In this document: positions 29,021-41,048 of the stretch, one piece after another
How the letters are laid out: the number at the start of each line of letters is the position of its first letter
Numbering within the stretch: the stretch's first letter is position 1
NCBI GenBank assembly: GCA_009780985.1
Contig: WQYZ01000002.1
Span: forward strand, 1 to 62,691
From: Oscillospiraceae bacterium
Lineage (GTDB): Bacteria; Bacillota; Clostridia; Oscillospirales; WRJC01
Direction of reading: 5' to 3'
DNA length: 62,691 bases
Position numbers and translations under genes: made by a program
Notes under the pieces: generated by a model
The model's input: the letters and a program-made list of their open reading frames with translations, nothing else
The model's database searches: none
Told to the model about the DNA's origin: nothing

Positions 29021-29650
29021 ATGAAAAAAGTGTCATTTATAGGCAACAGCCACACATATGGGGAGAACCTGCCGTGGCTGTTCGCCGACGTCTGTAGGCA
29101 GGGCGGCGTTGAAGTTTACGCGGTAATGTGCGCGCAAGGCGGCTGCGACTGGCAATGGCATCTTACTTCACACTGCGCGCTGCCGAACCTGCGGTATGGA
29201 AATTATGATTTTACGGTAATTCAGCAAAAAGCGCACCCGTTTGACGGCGCGGAAATGCTGATTGAACAGGGGAGCCCGTTAATCATGGAAATACAGGCTG
29301 TTAAAACGAAAGCCGTATTGTTTAATACATGGTCGGAGAAAAACAATCCGGACGGACAAAAAATTATTGACGACGCACATAACATGTTTTGCGAGCTGTT
29401 TGACGGCTGCCTGATTGCGAGGTGCGGTCCGGCGTGGCATTCACTGCGCGGGATTATAGATTTATATGATACTGACGGCTTACATCAGAACTCGTGCGGC
29501 GCGTATCTCAACGCCTGCGTGCTTGCCAAGACAATTTTTGCGGTTGACCCTCTTGCTTTGCCTGACGAAATTGAGACAAAAACGCTGACGAGAACGTTGA
29601 CGAAAGATGAAATAAGACTTTTGCAGAAAACAGCGGCTGTGTTTGCATAG
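29021..29650 (+). CDS. Hypothetical protein, weakly SGNH-hydrolase-like
   Basis: IGNSHTYG (block I-like) and DGLHQN (block V-like). The functional call is tentative. Confidence 0.55.
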   Translation: MKKVSFIGNSHTYGENLPWLFADVCRQGGVEVYAVMCAQGGCDWQWHLTSHCALPNLRYGNYDFTVIQQKAHPFDGAEMLIEQGSPLIMEIQAVKTKAVLFNTWSEKNNPDGQKIIDDAHNMFCELFDGCLIARCGPAWHSLRGIIDLYDTDGLHQNSCGAYLNACVLAKTIFAVDPLALPDEIETKTLTRTLTKDEIRLLQKTAAVFA

Positions 29651-29653
29651 AAA

Positions 29654-29682
29654 TGTAGGGGCGAACTGTGTTCGCCCCTACA
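29654..29682. repeat. REP-like GTAG-headed hairpin, bidirectional terminator position
   Basis: TGTAGGGGCGAAC-tgt-GTTCGCCCCTACA (13-bp stem) followed by GATTTTT, between convergent genes. Confidence 0.75.
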
Positions 29683-29701
29683 GATTTTTGCCCCCATCGT
29701 G

Positions 29702-30796
29702 TCATAAATGCGCGCATTTTTCCGCCAATTTTATTAAATCGTTCGCTTCGTCAATATCCTTTATCCCCGAAACCACTATAATCAGTCCTTTATGCGACAG
29801 ATTTTTGAGCAAAAACGGCACTTCGTCCAAGTCGGGGGCTAACACAAGCCCCTTTCCGGCTTTTTGTATTTTATGAAAAACATCGATAAAATTTGACATC
29901 CTCGGCTGTCCCGCGACAGCCGTCCACTGGATATTATCCAATCTTTTTACAGACAAAATCAAATCTAAATGGCGTATCTGCTCCTGACCATCAAGATGAT
30001 ATGTGCTGTTGTCGTAAAACGACGTGCAAGCTTCGAGTTCGGGCAGGACAAATCTTTCATAAAACGCAGGCGAAATCATAACTGAAAAATCGCACTGCAA
30101 CTGTCCGTGTATCCCTCTCGACCACGTCTGCATCCAGCTGTGCGATGACCCGCCGTCGTTGCTGCCTTTCGATAAATCGTAAAACTGTTTCTGCGTCTTT
30201 TTCCAGACGTCCGTGATTTTATCGCGGGCAGCTTCTACAAATTCGGGATTGTCCACCATATCGACCAGAAGCGCGGCGTTGTCTCTGAGATTCGAGAGCG
30301 CGTCTATTATGCCGCAGTTGTCGTTCATGCCGACCATAAACAATCCTTTTGCGCGTTCGGATAAATCCGACGTAAGCTTTTTGTGAGCATTAAGCGCGAC
30401 CTCGTCTTTATCATATACAAGTTTATTTATATCCGGTTCATCTATAACCGATTCAAACCATATTGTATCGGGCGCGTGTATTTGTTTTGCGCCGAAGTAA
30501 CACGCCTGCGCCGCCACGCCGAATCCGGGCATCAAACTCGGTATCGCTTCCGCCAGATGAATTGTGTTTTTCGTGTAATGGTCAAAATGTCTGAAAATAT
30601 AGTCCGAATCCGTGCGGGTTTCTTCCAGAGTGTATTCAGATTTCGATAGAACCAGCGGATCCGAATTATACGATAAATCCGATTTATCTTTACGCAATTT
30701 TATCGACAGACAGCACCTGTCGATATATTCTTTATTCCAAAAAGCGTCCATACGCTTTTTCGTTTCTTCCCAGTTTTCTTTGTATTTTATTATCAT
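29702..30796 (-). CDS. Hypothetical protein, possibly a distant URO-D-like TIM barrel
   Basis: 364-aa ORF. The context and features such as STYHLDG...IQWTAV suggest the methyltransferase/URO-D-like superfamily, but the similarity is weak. Confidence 0.6.
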   Translation of the reverse strand: MIIKYKENWEETKKRMDAFWNKEYIDRCCLSIKLRKDKSDLSYNSDPLVLSKSEYTLEETRTDSDYIFRHFDHYTKNTIHLAEAIPSLMPGFGVAAQACYFGAKQIHAPDTIWFESVIDEPDINKLVYDKDEVALNAHKKLTSDLSERAKGLFMVGMNDNCGIIDALSNLRDNAALLVDMVDNPEFVEAARDKITDVWKKTQKQFYDLSKGSNDGGSSHSWMQTWSRGIHGQLQCDFSVMISPAFYERFVLPELEACTSFYDNSTYHLDGQEQIRHLDLILSVKRLDNIQWTAVAGQPRMSNFIDVFHKIQKAGKGLVLAPDLDEVPFLLKNLSHKGLIIVVSGIKDIDEANDLIKLAEKCAHL

Positions 30797-30829
30797 AGCT
30801 ATATTTTCCTTTGAATAATCAAATTAATT

Positions 30830-31258
30830 TTAAAGTTTCAATTCCATTTTCAAGTGAGGGATATTTTCTTCTAAAAATTCTTTGCCGACGACTTTAAATC
30901 CTAATTTTTTATACAAATCAACGACATATTTCTGCGCGTCAAGCATAATTATATCCGATTTTTTGGATGCGATTGCTATATCCATAAATTTCTTGCAAAC
31001 AGTCGTGGCGTAACCCTTTCGCCTGTATTGTGTTAAAACGGCAACCCTGCCTATATGGGCGATTTCGTCCGTATAATATAACCGTCCGCAGGCGACAGGG
31101 ATTTCATTTTCAAACAATACGGCGTGATGAGAGACTTTATCGTGTTCGTCATATTCATTTTCCTCGGGTATATTTTGTTCTTTCACGAATACCGAAAACC
31201 TTATTTTTAAAGCCTCCGAATAATCTTCGCCGGGCGATATTATTTTCACTGTCACCAT
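30830..31258 (-). CDS. GNAT family N-acetyltransferase
   Basis: VLTQYRRKGYATTV acetyl-CoA binding motif, 142 aa. Confidence 0.9.
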   Translation of the reverse strand: MVTVKIISPGEDYSEALKIRFSVFVKEQNIPEENEYDEHDKVSHHAVLFENEIPVACGRLYYTDEIAHIGRVAVLTQYRRKGYATTVCKKFMDIAIASKKSDIIMLDAQKYVVDLYKKLGFKVVGKEFLEENIPHLKMELKL

Positions 31259-31280
31259 AGTTTTATCTCCATTCTACCCA

Positions 31281-32393
31281 TCACATATAAATCGCGACGA
31301 CGTTCTCCGCAGGAACGTCTTCCTGAATACAGTGCGCCGGAGAAAGTATATATCCCCCGTCCGTGCCGAAAATCGACAGTATCCTCTCCGCTTCTTCCCT
31401 GACCTGTTTGGGAGAACTGTTGACAAGCAAATCCTGCGTGTCTATCCCTCCCCAAAACGACATCTGTTTCCCGTATTCGGATTTTAACCGCTCCGGTTCC
31501 ATTTCAAATGCGTTGGGCTGAATCGGGTTGAGAATATCCACGCCGCAGTCAATCAGCGACGGAATCAGCCTGAATACAGACCCGCACGTATGGTGCTGAT
31601 AATACGCTTTTGTGAAAGTTTTTGTGTATCTTATCCGCTCTTTCATATACGGCGCGACAAACTCGTCAAACATATTCACAGACATAAATAATCCGCGCTG
31701 TGTGCCGAAATCGTCGCCGCTCGTCGTGCAGTGAATATATTCGCCGATTGCCCCGTAATACATTTTTATGACTTCTTTCTGATATTCCAGAATTTTTTCA
31801 AAAAACCAGTGAACTGTTTCGGGTTCTCCCGCAAGCCTGTACAAAAAGTCGTCGAACCCGAACATCCAGCAGCCGATTTCAAATATCCCGAAACACGGGT
31901 GTTCCCCGACTACGGCGTAATCCGTGTTTTCATACAGATTTTTTGCGCGGATTCTGTACTGTTCAAACACATTTTTATCTATGTCGGACGCTTTGGGAAA
32001 CGGGAATTTTTTCACTTCGTCAAGCGTCATATCTTTCAACGGATTTTTCGCTATTTCCCAGCGACCGCCAACGTCGGCGTAACCTATTCCCCATATATCC
32101 ACTCCGACATATTTGCCGGCGTAATCTATGTATTTATATAACGCGTCGTTTTTCGGCGAAGGCATACCGCCGGTCATTCGCGTGTCGATATGCAGTTTCT
32201 CAAGTATCCGCTCGTCCGTGTATCCCGGACCCAAATATTCCCCGCTTATGTTCAGTACTTTCTTTATATCTTCGACTGTTTTTGAACTCATAATCATAGT
32301 CTGCGGGCACCCGTATAAATCAAATACGGCGCGGTCAACCGTTTTATGCGCCGCCGCGTTTAAAAATCTTTCCCGGCTTGTGATTTTGGGCAT
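31281..32393 (-). CDS. Uroporphyrinogen decarboxylase (URO-D) family protein
   Basis: HHTCGSV..GVDILNPIQ..FWGGIDTQ..GGYILSPAHCIQEDVP. Confidence 0.88.
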   Translation of the reverse strand: MPKITSRERFLNAAAHKTVDRAVFDLYGCPQTMIMSSKTVEDIKKVLNISGEYLGPGYTDERILEKLHIDTRMTGGMPSPKNDALYKYIDYAGKYVGVDIWGIGYADVGGRWEIAKNPLKDMTLDEVKKFPFPKASDIDKNVFEQYRIRAKNLYENTDYAVVGEHPCFGIFEIGCWMFGFDDFLYRLAGEPETVHWFFEKILEYQKEVIKMYYGAIGEYIHCTTSGDDFGTQRGLFMSVNMFDEFVAPYMKERIRYTKTFTKAYYQHHTCGSVFRLIPSLIDCGVDILNPIQPNAFEMEPERLKSEYGKQMSFWGGIDTQDLLVNSSPKQVREEAERILSIFGTDGGYILSPAHCIQEDVPAENVVAIYM

Positions 32394-32412
32394 ATTAATT
32401 CAACCTCGTTTT

Positions 32413-32437
32413 TAGGGCGGGAAAACCCCGCCCCTAC
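32413..32437 (-). repeat. REP-like GTAG-headed hairpin between co-directional genes
   Basis: Minus strand reads GTAGGGGCGGGgttttCCCGCCCTA. Confidence 0.55.
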
Positions 32438-32448
32438 ATATTAAATCC

Positions 32449-35658
<3,210 letters not shown>

Positions 35659-36255
35659 TTATATATTCTCAAAAATCTTATTTATCGGCACATGCAGTTC
35701 TTCGCCGAACGTATGCGTGACGATTTCTTTTATTTTTATTTGCTCTTTGTCTATATCGTCGATTCCGTTTTCGATTTCTTTAATTTCCTTGTCAGAATAA
35801 TAGTGATAGATAACAGGGTCATTATATCCGCCGTTTTCCAAAATATAAACATTAATATTTTTAGTGTAAATATCTACAATCCAATATTCTTTTACTCCAT
35901 GTTTTTGGTACAGATTTTTTTTGACAACCAAATCATGCGACAAATTGCTCGGACTTAATACTTCGACGACGAAATCCGGTGCGCCTTTTATGTTTTTGCC
36001 GTCTGCAACCATAGAAAAATCACTGATGATTTTTAAATCCGGCTGTACTGTATTTTCGTTATCAAATACAACGTCAACAAGTTCGCCGTAAACACTAAAT
36101 TTTTTGCTGTTTAAAATACTTTTAAATAAAGTTTGTAATGTATAAACAGTATCATGATGGTCTATAACTGGAGCTGGCGGCATATATTTCTTTCCTCCTA
36201 TTATTTCATAGAATCTTTCTCTTTCATTATAAGGTTTTACCGCAATATTGCTCAT
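35659..36255 (-). CDS. Uma2 (DUF820) family restriction-endonuclease-like protein
   Basis: QPDL...PDFVVEVLSPSN...EYWIVD motifs. Confidence 0.85.
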   Translation of the reverse strand: MSNIAVKPYNERERFYEIIGGKKYMPPAPVIDHHDTVYTLQTLFKSILNSKKFSVYGELVDVVFDNENTVQPDLKIISDFSMVADGKNIKGAPDFVVEVLSPSNLSHDLVVKKNLYQKHGVKEYWIVDIYTKNINVYILENGGYNDPVIYHYYSDKEIKEIENGIDDIDKEQIKIKEIVTHTFGEELHVPINKIFENI

Positions 36256-36282
36256 AAAATCGCGCCTCTCTTTCTATTTGAT

Positions 36283-36329
36283 GACGGGCGGCAATAAATT
36301 CGCCTACGGCGAATTTTAGCCGCCCCTAC
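36283..36329. repeat. REP-like palindrome between co-directional genes
   Basis: GGGCGGC..AAATTCGCC-tac-GGCGAATTT..GCCGCCCCTAC. The left head is degenerate. Confidence 0.55.
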
Positions 36330-36343
36330 AACTTTACTATTCC

Positions 36344-37069
36344 CTATATTTTAATTACATCTTTTCCGAAATAATCCTCGCGGTTAGGGACAATAAAATC
36401 TGGTTTCGCCCAATAAATCGCGTTTTCGATGATTTTCAGAACATGCGGATTATAGTATCCCGGATTTGAATTATGCCCCGGCTGGAAATAGAATATTTTC
36501 CCGTTGCCGCGTCTGAACGTTACTCCGCTCCTGAATACGCTGCCGTGATTGAACCAGCCGATAAATACAACTTCATCGGGATTGGGTATCCCGAACGGCT
36601 CGCCGTACATTTCCTCTGAATCAATGACAAAATATTCCGGAACGTCTTTCGCAATCGGATGCGACGGAGTCACAGTCCACATGACTTCTTTTTCGTCGTC
36701 GCACCAGTGGAGGCGGCAGCTTGTTCCCATGAGGCGCATAAACGGTTTTGACATATGTGCCGAATGTAACGGGACAAATCCCATTCCGTTCAAAACTCTC
36801 CTCTGGACTTTATTCGCGACTTCGTCGGGCACTTCGCCGTGATGTCCGTGTCCCCACCACAGTAAAACGTCGGTGTTGTTCAAAAGCTCGTCCGTGAATC
36901 CGCAGTTCGGCATTTCCATTGTGACGGCTGTAAACTCGATTTCCGGGTTTTTAGCCAGATAATCCCCTATTGCGCCGTGAAGCCCTTTGGGATAAACTTT
37001 CGCGCAGTTCGCGTCGTGCAGTTCCTCAAGATATTCATTATACATTGTAACTCTAATTTTTTCTGACAT
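36344..37069 (-). CDS. ThuA-domain (trehalose-utilisation-like) protein
   Basis: Class-I glutamine-amidotransferase-like ThuA pattern (DVLLWWGHGHHGEV, FYFQPGH). Confidence 0.82.
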   Translation of the reverse strand: MSEKIRVTMYNEYLEELHDANCAKVYPKGLHGAIGDYLAKNPEIEFTAVTMEMPNCGFTDELLNNTDVLLWWGHGHHGEVPDEVANKVQRRVLNGMGFVPLHSAHMSKPFMRLMGTSCRLHWCDDEKEVMWTVTPSHPIAKDVPEYFVIDSEEMYGEPFGIPNPDEVVFIGWFNHGSVFRSGVTFRRGNGKIFYFQPGHNSNPGYYNPHVLKIIENAIYWAKPDFIVPNREDYFGKDVIKI

Positions 37070-37117
37070 TTGTATACTCTCCTTTTTTATTTTTGATTTA
37101 TATAAATTAATTTTTTA

Positions 37118-37480
37118 TCATGTTATTTCCGTATTCATTAAGTCTTTAACTACTTTTATCAACTTTTTATCCGCGCAATGAACTATACAGGCATACGCAA
37201 GGACATTGGTTATTGTGCCGTAAGCGTGGCTCGCCGTATTTCTGAATTCTTTTATTATCGGCTTTTTCAACGGGATTTGCGCTAATACATCCTCGCTCAT
37301 CGGAACAGTTAATTCAAAAATATCAGCTACCGTTTGCACCATTCCGCGGCGCATCATAATATGTAAGTTATTTAGGTCGTTGGGACATGATATTTTTAAT
37401 TCTTTTATTGCAGAAGATAGTGCCATTTGATTTTCATAAATTTTCTTTAATAAATACAGGTCTTTTCTGGTCATAACCAT
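37118..37480 (-). CDS. hepT: HepT (DUF86) toxin of an MNT/HepT type VII TA pair
   Basis: R-x4-H-x-Y motif (RNTASHAY). Overlaps the upstream NTase gene by 10 nt. Confidence 0.85.
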   Translation of the reverse strand: MVMTRKDLYLLKKIYENQMALSSAIKELKISCPNDLNNLHIMMRRGMVQTVADIFELTVPMSEDVLAQIPLKKPIIKEFRNTASHAYGTITNVLAYACIVHCADKKLIKVVKDLMNTEIT

Positions 37481-37797
37481 ATGACCTCATCTTTTACGGC
37501 AATATCGTTTAAATGATTTAAAGGGTCGTTTTCAAAATGAATCAAATCAACTTCTCTTCCATATATATTAATTAATGTTTCATTTATCTTGTTGCATAAT
37601 TCACAAAACCGGGTGAACCGTTCAAACTGGAAATCAGGAGTAGAAGCATATTCTATTAATATATCTATGTCGCTGTCAGCGTTATAATTTCCGCGTGCGA
37701 GCGAACCGAAAATCCCTATTTTATTCACAAGTTCAGAACTGTTGGAAACTATACTATGAATATCTGATGAAACATTGTTTAAATTTAAAATCTTCAC
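37471..37797 (-). CDS. mntA: MNT nucleotidyltransferase antitoxin
   Basis: GSLARGNYNADSDIDILI (GS-x10-DxD). Confidence 0.85.
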   Translation of the reverse strand: MKILNLNNVSSDIHSIVSNSSELVNKIGIFGSLARGNYNADSDIDILIEYASTPDFQFERFTRFCELCNKINETLINIYGREVDLIHFENDPLNHLNDIAVKDEVIWL

Positions 37798-37909
37798 TTA
37801 AAAACATTCGCCTCTTTTTGGTTTATATAAATTAAATTTTATTTGTGTTTTGTGAAAGTTGTGTAAATTAATATGTAAAGTATTTATTTGAATATAGAAA
37901 ATGCTTTTA

Positions 37910-38314
37910 CTATTCGCCGTTTATCACTCCAATTTGATATTCATCCTCATAAATTATTCTACCTGCATAATTTGTATAAACAATATCATAAGGGATTTGA
38001 TACTTGTCTAATAATTTAAATATGGGAGCTAAACGCTCAAACATAATTTTTGCATTATCATTATTTTTGAAAAAGGTAATTGCGCCGATGGTATTGGCAT
38101 TGGGATCGTCATTGTTTTCTCCGTAAAAAGGAGGATACGGTAAATTTTCCACAAACCAATTCTCAGTCTCCATAAATTTTTCTTTATCTTCTTCGCTGAA
38201 TATGTCGTTTTTGACTTTACGCCAGCCAAGCGCAAAAATGCCTACAGGTTTTTTTGTTACCCATGCTGTTTCACGCCCCTGTATCCGCACATATTTAGGT
38301 AAATCCATTTTCAA
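37910..38314 (-). CDS. Hypothetical protein
   Basis: 134-aa ORF with no recognisable motif. Confidence 0.65.
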   Translation of the reverse strand: MKMDLPKYVRIQGRETAWVTKKPVGIFALGWRKVKNDIFSEEDKEKFMETENWFVENLPYPPFYGENNDDPNANTIGAITFFKNNDNAKIMFERLAPIFKLLDKYQIPYDIVYTNYAGRIIYEDEYQIGVINGE

Positions 38315-38357
38315 TTACCCTCCGAAAATTTATATTTCTACATTTCAATATAATAAA

Positions 38358-38818
38358 AAACTGCTGTCAATCCGTAAGCCGAGTTCTGTCTTGAACAATC
38401 ATCTATCTTGACCGCCGGTTGCCTGGCGGTTCTTTGCCGCCTCATGCGGAAAAACAGGGCGCGTTCTGCAGGACTTTTAAATCCCGCATAATTCCGTCTT
38501 ACATCGGCGTTGCTTCGGATAGGGTTTACACATTTAGTCTGCGATTACAAGAATCACAGATATTTGCGCAAAGTTGCCATTGCGCCGGTGAGCTCTTACC
38601 TCGCCTTTTCATCCTTACATGTAGGGACGAACTGTGTTCGTCCGTTAATAGCGGTGTATTGCGGACGAACACAGTTCGTCCCTACATGCGGTAATTTTCT
38701 GTTGCACTTTCCCTAAAGTTGCCTTCGGCGGACGTTATCCGTTATCCTTTGCCCTAAAAGCTCGGACTTTCCTCACTCAGATTTTACTCTGGCGCGATTG
38801 TTTGTACTGGCAGCAGTT
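38358..38818 (-). ncRNA. rnpB: RNase P RNA (bacterial type A-like)
   Basis: Minus strand carries GAGGAAAGUCCGAGC, GUGCAACAGAAAAUUACCGC, GGUAAGAGCUCACC and ACAGAACUCGGCUUAC in canonical order. P1 pairing is CUGCUG/CAGCAG, followed by a U-run. Confidence 0.88.
38618..38688. repeat. REP-like inverted doublet forming the P12 hairpin of rnpB
   Basis: Perfect 26-bp stem CATGTAGGGACGAACTGTGTTCGTCC / GGACGAACACAGTTCGTCCCTACATG. Each arm is nearly identical to the intergenic hairpin at 29654. Confidence 0.85.
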
Positions 38819-38833
38819 TGTTATATATGCTAT

Positions 38834-38862
38834 ATTATAAACTATCTGTATGAATTTGTCAA
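38834..38862 (-). promoter_or_regulatory. Consensus sigma-A promoter for rnpB
   Basis: Minus strand reads TTGACA-17 nt-TATAAT, ending about 15 nt before the P1 5' strand. Confidence 0.65.
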
Positions 38863-38886
38863 AGATATTTTATGTTTTTTGTTATT

Positions 38887-39957
38887 TTACCAGCTTATTT
38901 TAACTTCGCCGCCGATTCTTGCGGATTCGTAAATCGCGTCTATCATCTTCATCAGAACAACGCCGTCGTGAGCCGTGCTGCGCGGCTGTTTATTATTTTC
39001 CACGCAGTATATAAAGTGCGCCATTTCTTTGTCGAATATAACCTCGTCGTGATTCGGCGCGGTTAATGCCGGCTGAATATTTACGAAATGTTTGTGCATA
39101 TCGGAATATATCTCTATTTCCGGGTCGATTCTTACACCCGCTTTTGTGCCGAAAACCTCGACGTCGGCGTAATCCTGCTTGACGTTGAGATTAAACGACG
39201 CTTCCACTGATAATGTAAACCCGTTGTCAAATCTGACCAAAGCCGTGGTAAAATCTTCGACGCTGTGAACAAATTTCGAGGCGTCATAACTCGACACAGC
39301 CCAGCTTACAGGAGCGTCCTTGACTCTGTTCGGTCCCATATTGGAGAATGTCGTCCCGTATGCCGAGACTGGAAGCGGACATCCTGCAAGATAGCGGGTC
39401 AAATCCATGACATGCACGCCAAGATCAATCAGCGGACCGCCGCCGGAATAACTCTTATCGCCGAACCAGCCGCCCGGACAGCCGTTTCTTCTCACATATA
39501 CAGCTTTTGCGTAATATATATCGCCGAAAAATCCGCCGTCGATAAAATCTTTGACGATTTCCGTATCGCCGCCGTAACGGCGCACAAAACCTATCATAAG
39601 TATTTTGTTGTTCTTTTTTGCCGCGTCTTCCATTTCCATCGCTTCTTTTGCGTTTAACGCCATAGGCTTTTCGCACAAGACGTTCACTCCGGCGTTCAAT
39701 GCGGCGATTGTCGCGGGTTTGTGAACGCTGTTCCATGTTGTCACACTGACTGCGTCGAGATGTTCTTTTGCGAGCATTTCGTTGTAGTCAAGATAATATT
39801 TGGATACTCCGTGACGGCTTGCGTAATTTTTGACTTTATTCTCGTCTATATCGCAGACTGCCGCAACTTCGACTTTATCGCCAAGTTGTTTATAACCGTG
39901 CATATGAACATAGCTTATTCCCCCGGTGCCTATGATTCCGACTCTGATTTTTGACAT
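38887..39957 (-). CDS. Gfo/Idh/MocA family oxidoreductase
   Basis: N-terminal Rossmann motif VGIIGTGGIS and an EKP motif (LCEKPMA). GGAGG RBS before the ATG at 39957. Confidence 0.9.
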   Translation of the reverse strand: MSKIRVGIIGTGGISYVHMHGYKQLGDKVEVAAVCDIDENKVKNYASRHGVSKYYLDYNEMLAKEHLDAVSVTTWNSVHKPATIAALNAGVNVLCEKPMALNAKEAMEMEDAAKKNNKILMIGFVRRYGGDTEIVKDFIDGGFFGDIYYAKAVYVRRNGCPGGWFGDKSYSGGGPLIDLGVHVMDLTRYLAGCPLPVSAYGTTFSNMGPNRVKDAPVSWAVSSYDASKFVHSVEDFTTALVRFDNGFTLSVEASFNLNVKQDYADVEVFGTKAGVRIDPEIEIYSDMHKHFVNIQPALTAPNHDEVIFDKEMAHFIYCVENNKQPRSTAHDGVVLMKMIDAIYESARIGGEVKISW

Positions 39958-40271
39958 AAAAAATTCCTCCAATATTTGGTTAAAATATTTATTTTAAATT
40001 CACAATTTTAAAACGATTCAGGAAAACCGTTTTATTTTGTTTATATTGTTTCAAATGGAATATGTTTTGCAACATATAAATAAATTTATGGGACAAAATA
40101 TAATCAGACAATTTAAAAATACTATTTTGAGAAAAAAGATAAACTGAAATTTCAGTAAAAATATAAAAGATATAAAAAATAAAATAATATAAAAGACGAA
40201 AAAAATACAGATGTTTTTTATATAAGATTCGATAATAAAAAGGATACAAAAAATTCAGGAGGTTAAAAAGT

Positions 40272-40460
40272 ATGGCTTCATTAACTTCAAAAGAGCTTAC
40301 AGCTTTAGAAGACCAGCTTACAATGGAACAAAACGTTATAAGCAAGTACAGAATGTATTCTCAGACTGCTATAGACAGCGATATTAAAAACAAATGCGAC
40401 TGTTTTGCAAACAAACACCAAAAGCATTATGATACGCTGATAAGCCAGTTGAAAGGCTAA
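40272..40460 (+). CDS. Small spore-coat-protein-like (CotF-related) protein
   Basis: 62 aa with an LEDQL..E....KY pattern, directly upstream of the Coat F gene. Confidence 0.55.
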   Translation: MASLTSKELTALEDQLTMEQNVISKYRMYSQTAIDSDIKNKCDCFANKHQKHYDTLISQLKG

Positions 40461-40547
40461 TATTTCCTAATTATGCTAATAAGCCGGAAGAAGAATAAAA
40501 AACAGGATGTCGAAAAACAAAAAAGTTGAAGACGGAGGAAAATAAAA

Positions 40548-40814
40548 ATGAACAGCACAAGCACAATGTTTTCGGATAAAGACAGATTGCAGGACGCTCT
40601 TGCATCTCAGAAACTTATCACAGGAAATTACAACACTTTCACAAATGAATGCGTAACACCCGAAGTCCGCGGAGTTTTCATGTCTATATTGAAAGAAGAA
40701 CACGATATGCAGAATGAAATTTTTACAGAAATGCAAAAAAGAGGCTGGTATCAGGTCACTCCTGCAGAACCGCAGAAAATTCAGCAGACTAAGACAAAAT
40801 TCGGCGTACAATAA
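40548..40814 (+). CDS. Coat F domain spore coat protein
   Basis: DRLQDALASQKLITGNYNTFTNECVTPEVR..L.EEH pattern. GGAGG RBS. Confidence 0.8.
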   Translation: MNSTSTMFSDKDRLQDALASQKLITGNYNTFTNECVTPEVRGVFMSILKEEHDMQNEIFTEMQKRGWYQVTPAEPQKIQQTKTKFGVQ

Positions 40815-41009
40815 TTACGCTTGTAATTTATTACTTCGTAATTATATATCTCCCTTTTAAATTTGGGAACAATGTCAGTATAAATATTTTAGGTGGCGAA
40901 CTTATCGCTCTAATCAATTTAAAAATATAAAAATATACTCGTTGAAAAAAAAGCCAATAAAATACTTGCGTTCGTTGCAAGATATTTATTTAAGAATTAA
41001 ATTCAGCAT

Positions 41010-41042
41010 AGAAAGGCAGCGTCGCACAAGGCGCGCCTTTCT
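41010..41042 (-). terminator. Possible terminator hairpin after the esterase gene
   Basis: AGAAAGGC ... GCCTTTCT 8-bp stem. The T-tract is weak. Confidence 0.3.
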
Positions 41043-41048
41043 TGTATC

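Noticed and set aside
38419-38716. ORFs 38419-38694 and 38510-38716 from the track.
   Set aside because: They lie entirely inside the RNase P RNA gene on the opposite strand and read through the REP hairpin, so they are translation artefacts.
39989-40345. 118-aa minus-strand ORF in the AT-rich region upstream of the CotF-like genes.
   Set aside because: The translation is low-complexity Phe/Tyr/Ile/Leu-rich, it overlaps the start of the plus-strand coat gene, and the region is most likely a promoter.
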